A DNA stretch of 64,000 bases, taken from the IMG/VR virus record IMGVR_UViG_3300021964_000045, positions 12,859 through 76,858 of that record. One strand, given 5' to 3'. This document shows, piece by piece, positions 48,125-56,872 of the stretch. The first letter of the stretch is position 1. The number at the start of each line of letters is the position of its first letter. Position numbers and translations under genes: made by a program. The stretch comes from a virus. Below the pieces are notes generated by a model. The model saw only the letters and a list, made by a program, of their open reading frames with translations. It was not told the DNA's origin and ran no database searches.

Positions 48125-51100
48125 ATGGCTAAGTGTTATAATAAAAATTTACCTGAGTATCAATCTTTATCTGAAGAGTTTAAAGATAACATGGTTGTTG
48201 ATAGCTTAATTGAAAAATGGCAAGCATTAAATAACTCAGAAGAGTTCCCTACTGTAGAACAAGCAAAACAAGTAAAAGAAGAACTTAATTTATCTTTTTC
48301 ATTAAAGACTAAGGCTTTTACAGATGCGTTAATATCTAATTTAGTAAGAAACAAAATTATACATTACTCAGAAAAGTATGGTGGTTACTATCTTAATAAT
48401 ACTAGAGGGGATGAAAGAATTGGTAATCCTGAAAGCTTAAGAATTAACTATAATAGATTAATGGGTTACTTAGATAAAAATAAGATACCTAGAGATGTTA
48501 TAGATGATACTGAAACAAGGAGGTCACGTAGGATTTTTATAAATGAAGATGCACTGATGCCTGCAGATGTTTTACCAAAAAGCAGAAGAGCAGCAGGTAC
48601 TCACACAGTTGATGTATTAAATCACGTGAGACAAATGATACCTGGCTTAGAGTATAAAATTCTGTCTGTTAAAGAAGCAGAGAATCTTTATGAGTCATTA
48701 CCACCATCTCAAAAAAATAAAACACCATTTGCTCAAATAAATAGTTTTTACGTAAATCAAACAGCTATCTTAATCAAAGGTAGAGTTACCCATGACATTG
48801 CAATAGAAGAGGTCTTACACCCTTTAATTGATGCAGTGTATGTAGACAACCAAGAGTTATTTAATAGCTTGTACAATGAAGCTGTAGCTAATTTTCCTGA
48901 ACTCAAGCAAGAAATAGATGAAGCTTATAATACTAAGTATAGAAAGTTTAGTGAAAAGCACAGACAACTTGAACTTGTTACTCAAGCTTTAACAAGATAT
49001 TTTTCTAATGAGTTTGAAAATACACCAACTAAATCATTTAGAGATAAGGTTGGAGAGTTTTTAAATTGGTTCTTAGATGTAATTAAAAATCTTTATGAAG
49101 TATATACAGGTGGTACAGCTAAGCTTAAAGTAGATAATATAAAACCAGGAACAAGTTTATCAGATATTGCAAAACTTCTTAATACAAGTGAGCTTCAATT
49201 TAAGTTAGAAAAGAAAGTTGATTCTAAGGTTAGATATTCACTATCTGAAGAAAAGCAAAACTCATTAGATCAAATAAGAAGAAAAGGTAATGATGCACAA
49301 AAAATTGTTTTAGATAAACTATTTCATGCTGCACAACAAAGAAAAGGAGATACGCCTACATTCAGTGTAGGTAAAAAAGATATTGGAGATAATGATGACA
49401 TAGTAATATTAAATGAGAAAAATCATACTTACTATAATTTAAAAGATCTATCTATTGAATATGTTTCATCTACAACTGCTATTGGTGGTAAGATGGAAAA
49501 CTTAGATAATGTACAAATGAATCTTGCCGTTGGTAATGACTTTGACAATATAGCTGAGTCTATAGTATTAGGAAAGTCATTAGCGGATATCAAAGAAGCT
49601 GGTATGCAAATCTTAACTGATGAGCAACTAACCAGAGCATATTATTCAATGGATGGATATATCAAGGCAATTACCAACCAAGGAGATATATTAGTACCTC
49701 AAGTTGTTGTTCATGGTAAAAACGCAGAAGGTATTAACATTGCAGGAACTATTGATTTACTTGCAATAACACCACAGGGTAAATTAAAAATATTAGATTT
49801 AAAGACAAGTAAAAATAGATTATCAACTAGTGAAGATGGTAAATATAATACTGAATGGGATTTAAAAGATGATTCTTTATTAAAAGCTTATGGTGTAGAA
49901 AAATTATCAACTAAACAAAAACATAATCTTCAAGTAAACTTATATGCAAGAATGCTTGAGAATATGGGCTATGAAGTTGACTCTTCTGAACAAGGGGCAA
50001 GTACTCATCATATATGGGTTGACATAAAAGGTAAAGGTAAAAATCAAACATTTTCAGGAAATTTTGAAATAGAGGATATGGTTTTTCATCCTATAAGTCA
50101 AAATAAACCTTACGTTGATGCTCTAATGCCTAAGAATATAAATAAAGTATCACAAGCAGAACTTGATAAGGCACTAGCTGATACGGGTGATTCAACCAAA
50201 ATACTTGATGAAATAAACAACTCTGAATTTGAAGGACTAGATGAATATAACCCATCTGAATTTGGTGGATTGGAACAAAACATGTACTTCAATGCAATTA
50301 AAAAATATAGAAAAAGTCTTACAACTAGACGTGATGTAATTGAAACAGTAAGATCTGCTGTTTACATGGACAGATCTAAAGAAGATGCAGTAGAAAGAAT
50401 AAGTACTATGCTTGCATTTACAACTATTGCATTAACGGAAAAAGGAGAAGCACCTAGAGTATTTACAGAATTGCTTAGAGATGTTAAAAAAGAATTAGAA
50501 TCCTATGAAAAGTTTCTTTTAAATAAAGACAATGCATCTAATCCACTATATTTAACAAGGGCAACAAATTATGAAAACTTTATTAAAACATTTGAAGGAT
50601 TATATAAATTACCATCTATTGCCTCGTTAACTGGAATACAGAAAGATCTAATACTACAAATACAAAATACATTAAATAGACTTAGTGAATCTACTGCGGA
50701 AAAACCAAGCATTATTGATGAAGCATTATTTACTCATGGAAAAGCTATTATTAAAAAATATTCAGGTAAAGATTTTACATCTTATGTAGATCCTATAACA
50801 GGAGAAGTTGTAAATCCATTTGACGATTTATTTTACTCTGTAATAGAAGACATGAGTACTGTTGATTATTATACAAGAGATATAAATACAGCAGAAGATA
50901 CTATTCTTGCTACAATGAAAAAGATGTGGCATGCAAAAAGGCAAGAAGTTCTTGATAGAATAGAAGCAAGAAAAGGTTTTGTTTTATATGCGTCTAGACT
51001 AGCTAAGCTATCACCAGGAAAAAGTCCAAAAGATATCTATGAATTCATGATTGAATTGGATAAAAATGGTGTACATACGGGAGAGCTAGTTAAAAAGATA

Positions 51101-53881
51101 GGACCTCAATACTATGATCAGTTTAATGCTTTATATAAATCATTACGTGATTCTAATGGAGAACCTCTGCAGTATATACCAATTGGTGATATTGCTAAAG
51201 CAAGACCAGAAGATATTAAAAAGAACAAAGAGTTGTATCAAAAAAAGCAAGCATTTGCAGAATTTATGCGAGCTGAAATTGTAGACCAAGAAGATGGTAC
51301 AACAACAGATGGTGAATTTCACAGATATACTTCTGAATTTATAGAAGCAAGAAAGAGAAATGAAGTACAAACATCAAATGGTTTTTGGGTATGGAATGGT
51401 GCTAAAGGTAAAGAAGAAGAAATTTACTATAACAAATACTATACTGTACAAAAATATAATCAAGCCATAAAAAAGGATGGTGTATTTACAGGTAAGGTTA
51501 TAGAAAAAGAAGGTAGATTTGTTAAGAAAGAATACAAAGAGATAAGAGAAGTATCAGGCTCTGGGCAGGTAATGACTAGTGATAAATACAGAGCTATAAT
51601 GAATGCACCACAAACGGATGCACTAGCTTCAGCAAGAAAAAGTTATTACTTAGCTTATACTGCACTATGGAAAGATCTCAATGACAAACTTCCTGATGGT
51701 GTTAGAGATTACATGTATGGTAAATCCCCACGAGTACGTGGTAATTTTGCAAGCTATGCTAAAAATAAACCTAATGGAGTCAAAGCATTATGGGCATCCA
51801 CAAAAAAAGATACTAAAGAGTTCTTTTCTACAACCACAAGATTAACTAAAGTTAATGTAAATGAAAAAGGAGAATTTGTTGAAGGTATACCTATTATGTA
51901 TACAGGTAACCTTAGACAAGCAGAAGATATAGAAGCTATAGAAAAACAGATCAAAGAACTTAAAGATACATACGCTAACACATCTGCTGCAAATTCTCAA
52001 TCATATGTAAAAACATTACAGAAACTTGAGTCTGAATTAGTTGCAGTAAAGTCTAAACCAGCAGCGGAAGAGTTAAGTTATGACTTAACAGAAGCTATAA
52101 TGAAATATGCTGCCATGGCTGAAAACTATGAAGTCATGAGTGGTATTGAAGATACAATGCTTGCTTTACAAGAGATTATAAATAAAAGACAATACTCTAA
52201 AAGAGTTACAACAAGTAAAAAAGTAATAAGAGGTGCTAAAAAATTAGCAGGAGTTGCACAAGATGCAGCTGATACAAAAGCAATGAATACAAAGAATGCT
52301 GCTGGAAAGTTTATGGAAATGGTATTTTATGATTCAGATGACTTAACTAAAAATGCAGCAGAAAAAATTATAGATAAAATTTTAGGTTGGACTTCATTAA
52401 GTTATGTTGCATTTAATGTTTTTGGTAACTTTAATAACTACACCATTGCAAGAGTAAATAATGGTATAGAAGCAATGGGTCAAAGATTTTTTGCTAGAAA
52501 TGCTTATATAAGAGCATCAAAAGAATTTAATAAAAGAGCTATTCCAGATCTTATTAAAAGAACTTCTCATTCTGCAACTGCACTAAGAGGTTCTGGAAAG
52601 TATGATCCATATGAACCCACAAGTAAGTATGAAGGATTTGTTGATTTATTTAGAATGATGGATAATAAATCAGACTTAAGAGAAGCAGGTGGTGTTACCG
52701 ATAGAACAGGTAAAAGTTATTATGACCGCTTTAAAGAATTTGGTTATATATTACAGGATGCTGCAGAATATAATGTGCAGACTAAGGTGGGTATGGCCAT
52801 TGTTATGGATACTTACATTTTAAATAAAGACACAGGTGAAATTTTAAGTTTGTATGATGCCTTTGAATTTAATGGGGATCAAAAGCTATCATTAAAAGAT
52901 GGATTTACAACAATAATTAAACCTAAAAAGAATTTACCAACCTTTAAACAAGCTCTAAGTGGAACTAATATAAAAAGAGATGATCAAGGTAATATGCTTT
53001 ATGATGAAGTGGGTGAATATAATGATAAGTTTAGATATGATTTACGTATGAAAATACGTGAAGTAAATAAACAAATACATGGTAACTATGCTAAAGAAGA
53101 TAAGGTTGTATTACAACAGTGGTATGTAGGTAAGTTGCTATTTCAATTTCATAAGTGGGTTGCTCCTGCGCTTAGAGCAAGATATCAAAGAGAATATTTT
53201 GATGAAAACTTAGGTTGGATGGAAGGTAGAATTTTATCTTGGTGGAAATTTGTTAAGTATATGACATTAGCATCTGTTGGGAAACTACCAGGTAATTTAA
53301 ACAAAGGTATGAGTGTTGAAGCTTATTTAGATAGTATTGCAAGAAAAGATGTGAATGGTGAAATAAGTGCTTCTGAACAACAAAGATTAGAAAATCAAAT
53401 ATTAAATGTTCATAGATTTAATGGTGAGTTAGCTACAATAGGTTTAACATTTATGATAATAGAATTATTTAATACAATACTTTTATCTGATGATGATGAC
53501 AGTATGTGGGTTAAAAAACTTAAAAACATTGCACGTTACCAAGCAGATAGAACTAAAAAAGAATTGATGATATTTGTTCCAAGTAAAAGTATGATAACAC
53601 AAAATGTAGAATTCTTTGATAGCCCTCTTGCAGTAACAGGGACGCTTGGAGAAATGGGTGAACTTATTGATTCAGGATGGGACTATGGTAAAAATGGATT
53701 AAAATACACTATGACAGGCAATGAAGAAGACTGGTTCTATAATAAAGATGTATATTATCAAAGAGGTAGAAGAGCAGGTCAGCTTAAATTAACTAAAGAA
53801 TTTATGGACATAGTACCAATTTTGTACACAATAAAGAAGTGGCAAGATTACGAACAGTTAAATAATTTCTTCATTAAGTAA
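48125..53881 (+). CDS. Large virion/ejected protein with PD-(D/E)xK nuclease and degenerate zincin (1918 aa)
   Basis: IAGTIDLL...ILDLKTS...QVNLYARML (RecB-like); IEEVLHP in place of HExxH; helical C-terminal region. Confidence 0.75.
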   Translation: MAKCYNKNLPEYQSLSEEFKDNMVVDSLIEKWQALNNSEEFPTVEQAKQVKEELNLSFSLKTKAFTDALISNLVRNKIIHYSEKYGGYYLNNTRGDERIGNPESLRINYNRLMGYLDKNKIPRDVIDDTETRRSRRIFINEDALMPADVLPKSRRAAGTHTVDVLNHVRQMIPGLEYKILSVKEAENLYESLPPSQKNKTPFAQINSFYVNQTAILIKGRVTHDIAIEEVLHPLIDAVYVDNQELFNSLYNEAVANFPELKQEIDEAYNTKYRKFSEKHRQLELVTQALTRYFSNEFENTPTKSFRDKVGEFLNWFLDVIKNLYEVYTGGTAKLKVDNIKPGTSLSDIAKLLNTSELQFKLEKKVDSKVRYSLSEEKQNSLDQIRRKGNDAQKIVLDKLFHAAQQRKGDTPTFSVGKKDIGDNDDIVILNEKNHTYYNLKDLSIEYVSSTTAIGGKMENLDNVQMNLAVGNDFDNIAESIVLGKSLADIKEAGMQILTDEQLTRAYYSMDGYIKAITNQGDILVPQVVVHGKNAEGINIAGTIDLLAITPQGKLKILDLKTSKNRLSTSEDGKYNTEWDLKDDSLLKAYGVEKLSTKQKHNLQVNLYARMLENMGYEVDSSEQGASTHHIWVDIKGKGKNQTFSGNFEIEDMVFHPISQNKPYVDALMPKNINKVSQAELDKALADTGDSTKILDEINNSEFEGLDEYNPSEFGGLEQNMYFNAIKKYRKSLTTRRDVIETVRSAVYMDRSKEDAVERISTMLAFTTIALTEKGEAPRVFTELLRDVKKELESYEKFLLNKDNASNPLYLTRATNYENFIKTFEGLYKLPSIASLTGIQKDLILQIQNTLNRLSESTAEKPSIIDEALFTHGKAIIKKYSGKDFTSYVDPITGEVVNPFDDLFYSVIEDMSTVDYYTRDINTAEDTILATMKKMWHAKRQEVLDRIEARKGFVLYASRLAKLSPGKSPKDIYEFMIELDKNGVHTGELVKKIGPQYYDQFNALYKSLRDSNGEPLQYIPIGDIAKARPEDIKKNKELYQKKQAFAEFMRAEIVDQEDGTTTDGEFHRYTSEFIEARKRNEVQTSNGFWVWNGAKGKEEEIYYNKYYTVQKYNQAIKKDGVFTGKVIEKEGRFVKKEYKEIREVSGSGQVMTSDKYRAIMNAPQTDALASARKSYYLAYTALWKDLNDKLPDGVRDYMYGKSPRVRGNFASYAKNKPNGVKALWASTKKDTKEFFSTTTRLTKVNVNEKGEFVEGIPIMYTGNLRQAEDIEAIEKQIKELKDTYANTSAANSQSYVKTLQKLESELVAVKSKPAAEELSYDLTEAIMKYAAMAENYEVMSGIEDTMLALQEIINKRQYSKRVTTSKKVIRGAKKLAGVAQDAADTKAMNTKNAAGKFMEMVFYDSDDLTKNAAEKIIDKILGWTSLSYVAFNVFGNFNNYTIARVNNGIEAMGQRFFARNAYIRASKEFNKRAIPDLIKRTSHSATALRGSGKYDPYEPTSKYEGFVDLFRMMDNKSDLREAGGVTDRTGKSYYDRFKEFGYILQDAAEYNVQTKVGMAIVMDTYILNKDTGEILSLYDAFEFNGDQKLSLKDGFTTIIKPKKNLPTFKQALSGTNIKRDDQGNMLYDEVGEYNDKFRYDLRMKIREVNKQIHGNYAKEDKVVLQQWYVGKLLFQFHKWVAPALRARYQREYFDENLGWMEGRILSWWKFVKYMTLASVGKLPGNLNKGMSVEAYLDSIARKDVNGEISASEQQRLENQILNVHRFNGELATIGLTFMIIELFNTILLSDDDDSMWVKKLKNIARYQADRTKKELMIFVPSKSMITQNVEFFDSPLAVTGTLGEMGELIDSGWDYGKNGLKYTMTGNEEDWFYNKDVYYQRGRRAGQLKLTKEFMDIVPILYTIKKWQDYEQLNNFFIK

Positions 53882-53885
53882 ACAG

Positions 53886-53913
53886 AAGGGGAGCTTTTAT
53901 AGCTCCTCTTTTA
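53886..53913. terminator. Hairpin between convergent genes (probable terminator)
   Basis: aaggggagct-tttat-agctcctctt plus T tract at the +/- strand junction. Confidence 0.7.
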
Positions 53914-54495
53914 TTTTCCTATCTTCCAGTAAAGACCACCGGATATAACAGGTTCAAAGTTTTGGTTAACCCCTAAACCTATGCTATACATTTGTTTCTT
54001 TTTATTCTTATATAGTAGACTACCACCTAAGTAATTTAGCTGATCTGATCTACCTTTTAAATCAATACCCCAATAGAACTCTCTATTATTTAAATAGATT
54101 TCTTTTGTTACTGTAGTTGTTGGATAAATAAGATCATACTCTATAGTCCGTGCAAATATTTTGTTCTGAGATATAGAATCAATTATAGTTAGATTAAGAC
54201 TATCTAATTCTTGTTTGTCTTGATATACGTATGTAGCAAAGTAATCTTTTAATATTGCTACTGTATCAATAGGTTGTATTCTAACTATTGTGTCTACCCT
54301 GGTCTCTATTTTTTGTACATACTCAGGTACGTAAACAGGTACGTTTTTAGTAATTGTATCATACCTGGTTTCAATCTTTGTTATAATAACAGGGTCAACA
54401 GGAATAGGATCCCCTGAACAGTTTCTCATTATTAATAATATAATCACTAAGATCACTATCAATAAGGTTTGTAAATTTTTAAAGTACTTTTTCAT
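53911..54495 (-). CDS. Membrane-anchored spanin-like protein (194 aa)
   Basis: N-terminal TM followed by RNCS; DT-rich extended stalk; C-terminal amphipathic beta strands ending GGLYWKIGK. Resembles lysis-accessory (DUF6808-like) genes of Bacteroidota phages. Confidence 0.5.
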   Translation of the reverse strand: MKKYFKNLQTLLIVILVIILLIMRNCSGDPIPVDPVIITKIETRYDTITKNVPVYVPEYVQKIETRVDTIVRIQPIDTVAILKDYFATYVYQDKQELDSLNLTIIDSISQNKIFARTIEYDLIYPTTTVTKEIYLNNREFYWGIDLKGRSDQLNYLGGSLLYKNKKKQMYSIGLGVNQNFEPVISGGLYWKIGK

Positions 54496-55106
54496 TTCTT
54501 ATCAGTATTAGTTGCATGCTTTACACCCATTATTGTACCTATTATACTAAAAGAGTTAGTTAACAGTATACCAAATAAATTGGACCAGGTACTCTCTATT
54601 ATTTTAGAATCATGTCCAAACAATAAAACAAACACATATAAGCCGGTTGTTATTAATCCTACTCCCATGATTACCCAAAGAGCAACCTTGACAATATTAC
54701 TCATTAGTTCTGTTTGTGTTTTCTTTTGGAGTAATGACAAATCAGTTTGAGCAATTTCTTTTGCTTCCTCAGCTTCTGATCTTAATTTATGAGCTTCCTT
54801 TTCAGCTAAAATTGCTTCTTCTGCTGACTTACTTGCTTCATCTAAAGCTTTTGATAGTTGTTTATTTACCCTATCATTTTCTTTAGCTGCTAATTCTAAA
54901 TCTTTATTTTGAGCCTGAACCTGTTTAGTTATATCTAAACGTTTTCTTCTTTGAGATAAATCTTTCTTCTTACACTCTTCAATATAATCTTTAACTTCAG
55001 GATCAGAAGTCTTAGCCAACAACTTAACAAAGTTTCCTTCTATGTAAACTTTTTTAGTCTTAGCTTTCTTAATAGCTTCTTTGATAGTGTCTTTAGAACT
55101 TATCAC
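54492..55106 (-). CDS. Coiled-coil protein with two C-terminal TM helices, holin-like (204 aa)
   Basis: Charged N-terminal coiled coil; TM1 VALWVIMGVGLITTGLYVFVLLF; TM2 LFGILLTNSFSIIGTIMGV; GTG start overlaps the regulator's stop. Confidence 0.55.
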   Translation of the reverse strand: MISSKDTIKEAIKKAKTKKVYIEGNFVKLLAKTSDPEVKDYIEECKKKDLSQRRKRLDITKQVQAQNKDLELAAKENDRVNKQLSKALDEASKSAEEAILAEKEAHKLRSEAEEAKEIAQTDLSLLQKKTQTELMSNIVKVALWVIMGVGLITTGLYVFVLLFGHDSKIIESTWSNLFGILLTNSFSIIGTIMGVKHATNTDKK

Positions 55107-55537
55107 CTATATACTTTAAAAGGATTAGTTTTATTGACATAACCATCATAGTCTTTGTGAAACTCCTCTAGTCTTGGCTCAATGTCATCAGACTTAATAA
55201 TCCAAAACTGTGCACCTACTTCTTTAGCTTTTTCAATTTCCCCGCTATCACTGCTGCTAGAAATAATGCCAATAACACATCCGTTACCATAATCTTGATT
55301 TATCTTCCTTATCATTTCTATACCGTCAAAGCTAGAACCAATAATATTAAGATCTACAAAGACACACTGGGGCCTATCATTTCCATTATCTGGAAACCAA
55401 CTCTTAAACATTCTATCAGCTTCATCTGAGCTATCCAGTGATTCTATAGATAAAGCTATATCTAACATACTACAAGCATCTTCAAATACCAAATGAAATA
55501 AATTTTCATCATCTATTAGCATTAATGTATCAATCAT
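55103..55537 (-). CDS. Single-domain response regulator (CheY/Rcp1-like receiver), 144 aa
   Basis: LIDD (D9,D10), VFVDLN (D62), DGIE, IISSS (S93), GAQFWIIK (K115); no output domain. Confidence 0.92.
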   Translation of the reverse strand: MIDTLMLIDDENLFHLVFEDACSMLDIALSIESLDSSDEADRMFKSWFPDNGNDRPQCVFVDLNIIGSSFDGIEMIRKINQDYGNGCVIGIISSSSDSGEIEKAKEVGAQFWIIKSDDIEPRLEEFHKDYDGYVNKTNPFKVYR

Positions 55538-56433
55538 AATTTTATTTTTATTTCTGTTCCTTGTTCTAATTTTTTTGCACTTACTTTAAATTTGTGCTCT
55601 TTTAAAATTGCAATTGAAATATTAAGACCCAATCCTGTGCCTGCTTCTTCTTGCCCTTCTTTTCTTGCGTATGGTTTTGATAATAAAATAAATTCTTCAT
55701 TGGTGATTCCTCTACCGTTGTCTTGTATAGCAATAAAGGAATTCAATTCATCATCTATATCTTTATAAATTTTAATATACTTTGTACCTGAGTCATTATA
55801 TTTCAATCCATTTCTTATGAAGTTATCTAAAGCTGTACAAAATAATGCTTCATTTATTTTTAATGATGTATCTAAACTATCATCTAGTATAACTTGATTC
55901 TTGTAAGCAGTTAAACGTAAATAGTCTTCTAGTATAAATTTTATATTTTTTAATTCAGTTTTTAACTCAGCATTTTCTTTTACAAGATTTGTAAACTCAT
56001 AAACTCCTGCATAAACTTTTTGTGCATGATGTAATCCATCAGTTATTAATTTAATTGGAGCATTTATTTTTAACTCTTTAATATCTTCTTCACTAAGTCT
56101 ACGCTTGAGAGATTTAAGACCTCTGGGTAAATAAGTGTTAATGCCACTATGCATGTCATGACGTATGATTTTTGCTGCGTGTTCTAGATATATATTCTTT
56201 TGAGAAAGGTCTTTTCTTATTTTAGCTTTATTTAATAAAAACTCTTGTACTACTTTAAAAAAAGGAGGCATAAAAAATACAACACATCCCCAACCAAACT
56301 TAGCCAACTCTAAAGACGGATCACATAATCCAAACACAATACATGTCTGCACTCCAAAAAATGTAATCATAATTAGACCAGCAACAGCTAATGATATTTT
56401 AGCGTTTAATGATATATCATCTAAAGCACTCAT
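55534..56433 (-). CDS. Membrane sensor histidine kinase (299 aa)
   Basis: Two N-terminal TMs; H box IIRHDM (H92); N box LDNFIRNGLKY; G1 IQDNGRGI; G2 GTGLGL. Confidence 0.92.
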   Translation of the reverse strand: MSALDDISLNAKISLAVAGLIMITFFGVQTCIVFGLCDPSLELAKFGWGCVVFFMPPFFKVVQEFLLNKAKIRKDLSQKNIYLEHAAKIIRHDMHSGINTYLPRGLKSLKRRLSEEDIKELKINAPIKLITDGLHHAQKVYAGVYEFTNLVKENAELKTELKNIKFILEDYLRLTAYKNQVILDDSLDTSLKINEALFCTALDNFIRNGLKYNDSGTKYIKIYKDIDDELNSFIAIQDNGRGITNEEFILLSKPYARKEGQEEAGTGLGLNISIAILKEHKFKVSAKKLEQGTEIKIKL

Positions 56434-56435
56434 GC

Positions 56436-56636
56436 TTATAGCTCAGATTTCTTAAATCCACATTTGCTAAAAAACCATTTAGACGGACAAAATCCTGTCC
56501 ATACACCAACGTTTAACATAAATGTTACAAAGATTACTACCGCCCAGGATTCAAAAAAATAGCCTGCAAGTAATACTATAGACATTAACAAGTAAACCAT
56601 TCTTGTATCAGTAATTGACTCAAATAATTTTTTCAT
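56436..56636 (-). CDS. DUF2892/YgaP-like two-TM membrane protein (66 aa)
   Basis: R followed by two hydrophobic helices ending TGFCP, the DUF2892-type signature. Confidence 0.7.
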   Translation of the reverse strand: MKKLFESITDTRMVYLLMSIVLLAGYFFESWAVVIFVTFMLNVGVWTGFCPSKWFFSKCGFKKSEL

Positions 56637-56647
56637 AATATAAAATT

Positions 56648-56758
56648 TTAGTGCATTGATATAGTATCAAAAAAAGCAACCTTAAGTCTTATCCAAAACC
56701 TTTTAGACCACTTTAAAGATTTAAATTCTTCTGTTTCAAAATATTCATACACATCCAT
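56648..56758 (-). CDS. Small hypothetical protein (36 aa; not in ORF track)
   Basis: Translated by hand: MDVYEYFETEEFKSLKWSKRFWIRLKVAFFDTISMH. Fills the gap between the promoter motif and the DUF2892 gene. Confidence 0.5.
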   Translation of the reverse strand: MDVYEYFETEEFKSLKWSKRFWIRLKVAFFDTISMH

Positions 56759-56761
56759 ATA

Positions 56762-56773
56762 ATAATATACAAA
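56762..56773 (-). promoter_or_regulatory. Putative phage (late) promoter motif TTTGTATATTAT heading the signalling operon
   Basis: Reverse complement of ataatatacaaa; same core as the structural-gene motif; follows the nrdA terminator. Confidence 0.65.
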
Positions 56774-56782
56774 TTATATGCT

Positions 56783-56824
56783 TGTAAAACAAGAAGAACC
56801 GGCCTCAGAATAAGACCGGTTCTT
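56783..56824 (-). terminator. Terminator downstream of nrdA
   Basis: Minus strand aagaaccggtct-tattctg-aggccggttctt followed by cttgtttt. Confidence 0.7.
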
Positions 56825-56835
56825 GTATGATTTAT

Positions 56836-56870
56836 CCAACATTAAGTAATGTTTTAGAACTTAATGTTGG
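56836..56870. repeat. Perfect 12-bp inverted repeat just after the nrdA stop
   Basis: ccaacattaagt-N11-acttaatgttgg. Confidence 0.8.
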
Positions 56871-56872
56871 TT

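Noticed and set aside
49700-49990. Cas4 call for the PD-(D/E)xK domain
   Set aside because: No Fe-S cysteine cluster and no CRISPR context; it is one domain of a 1918-aa protein
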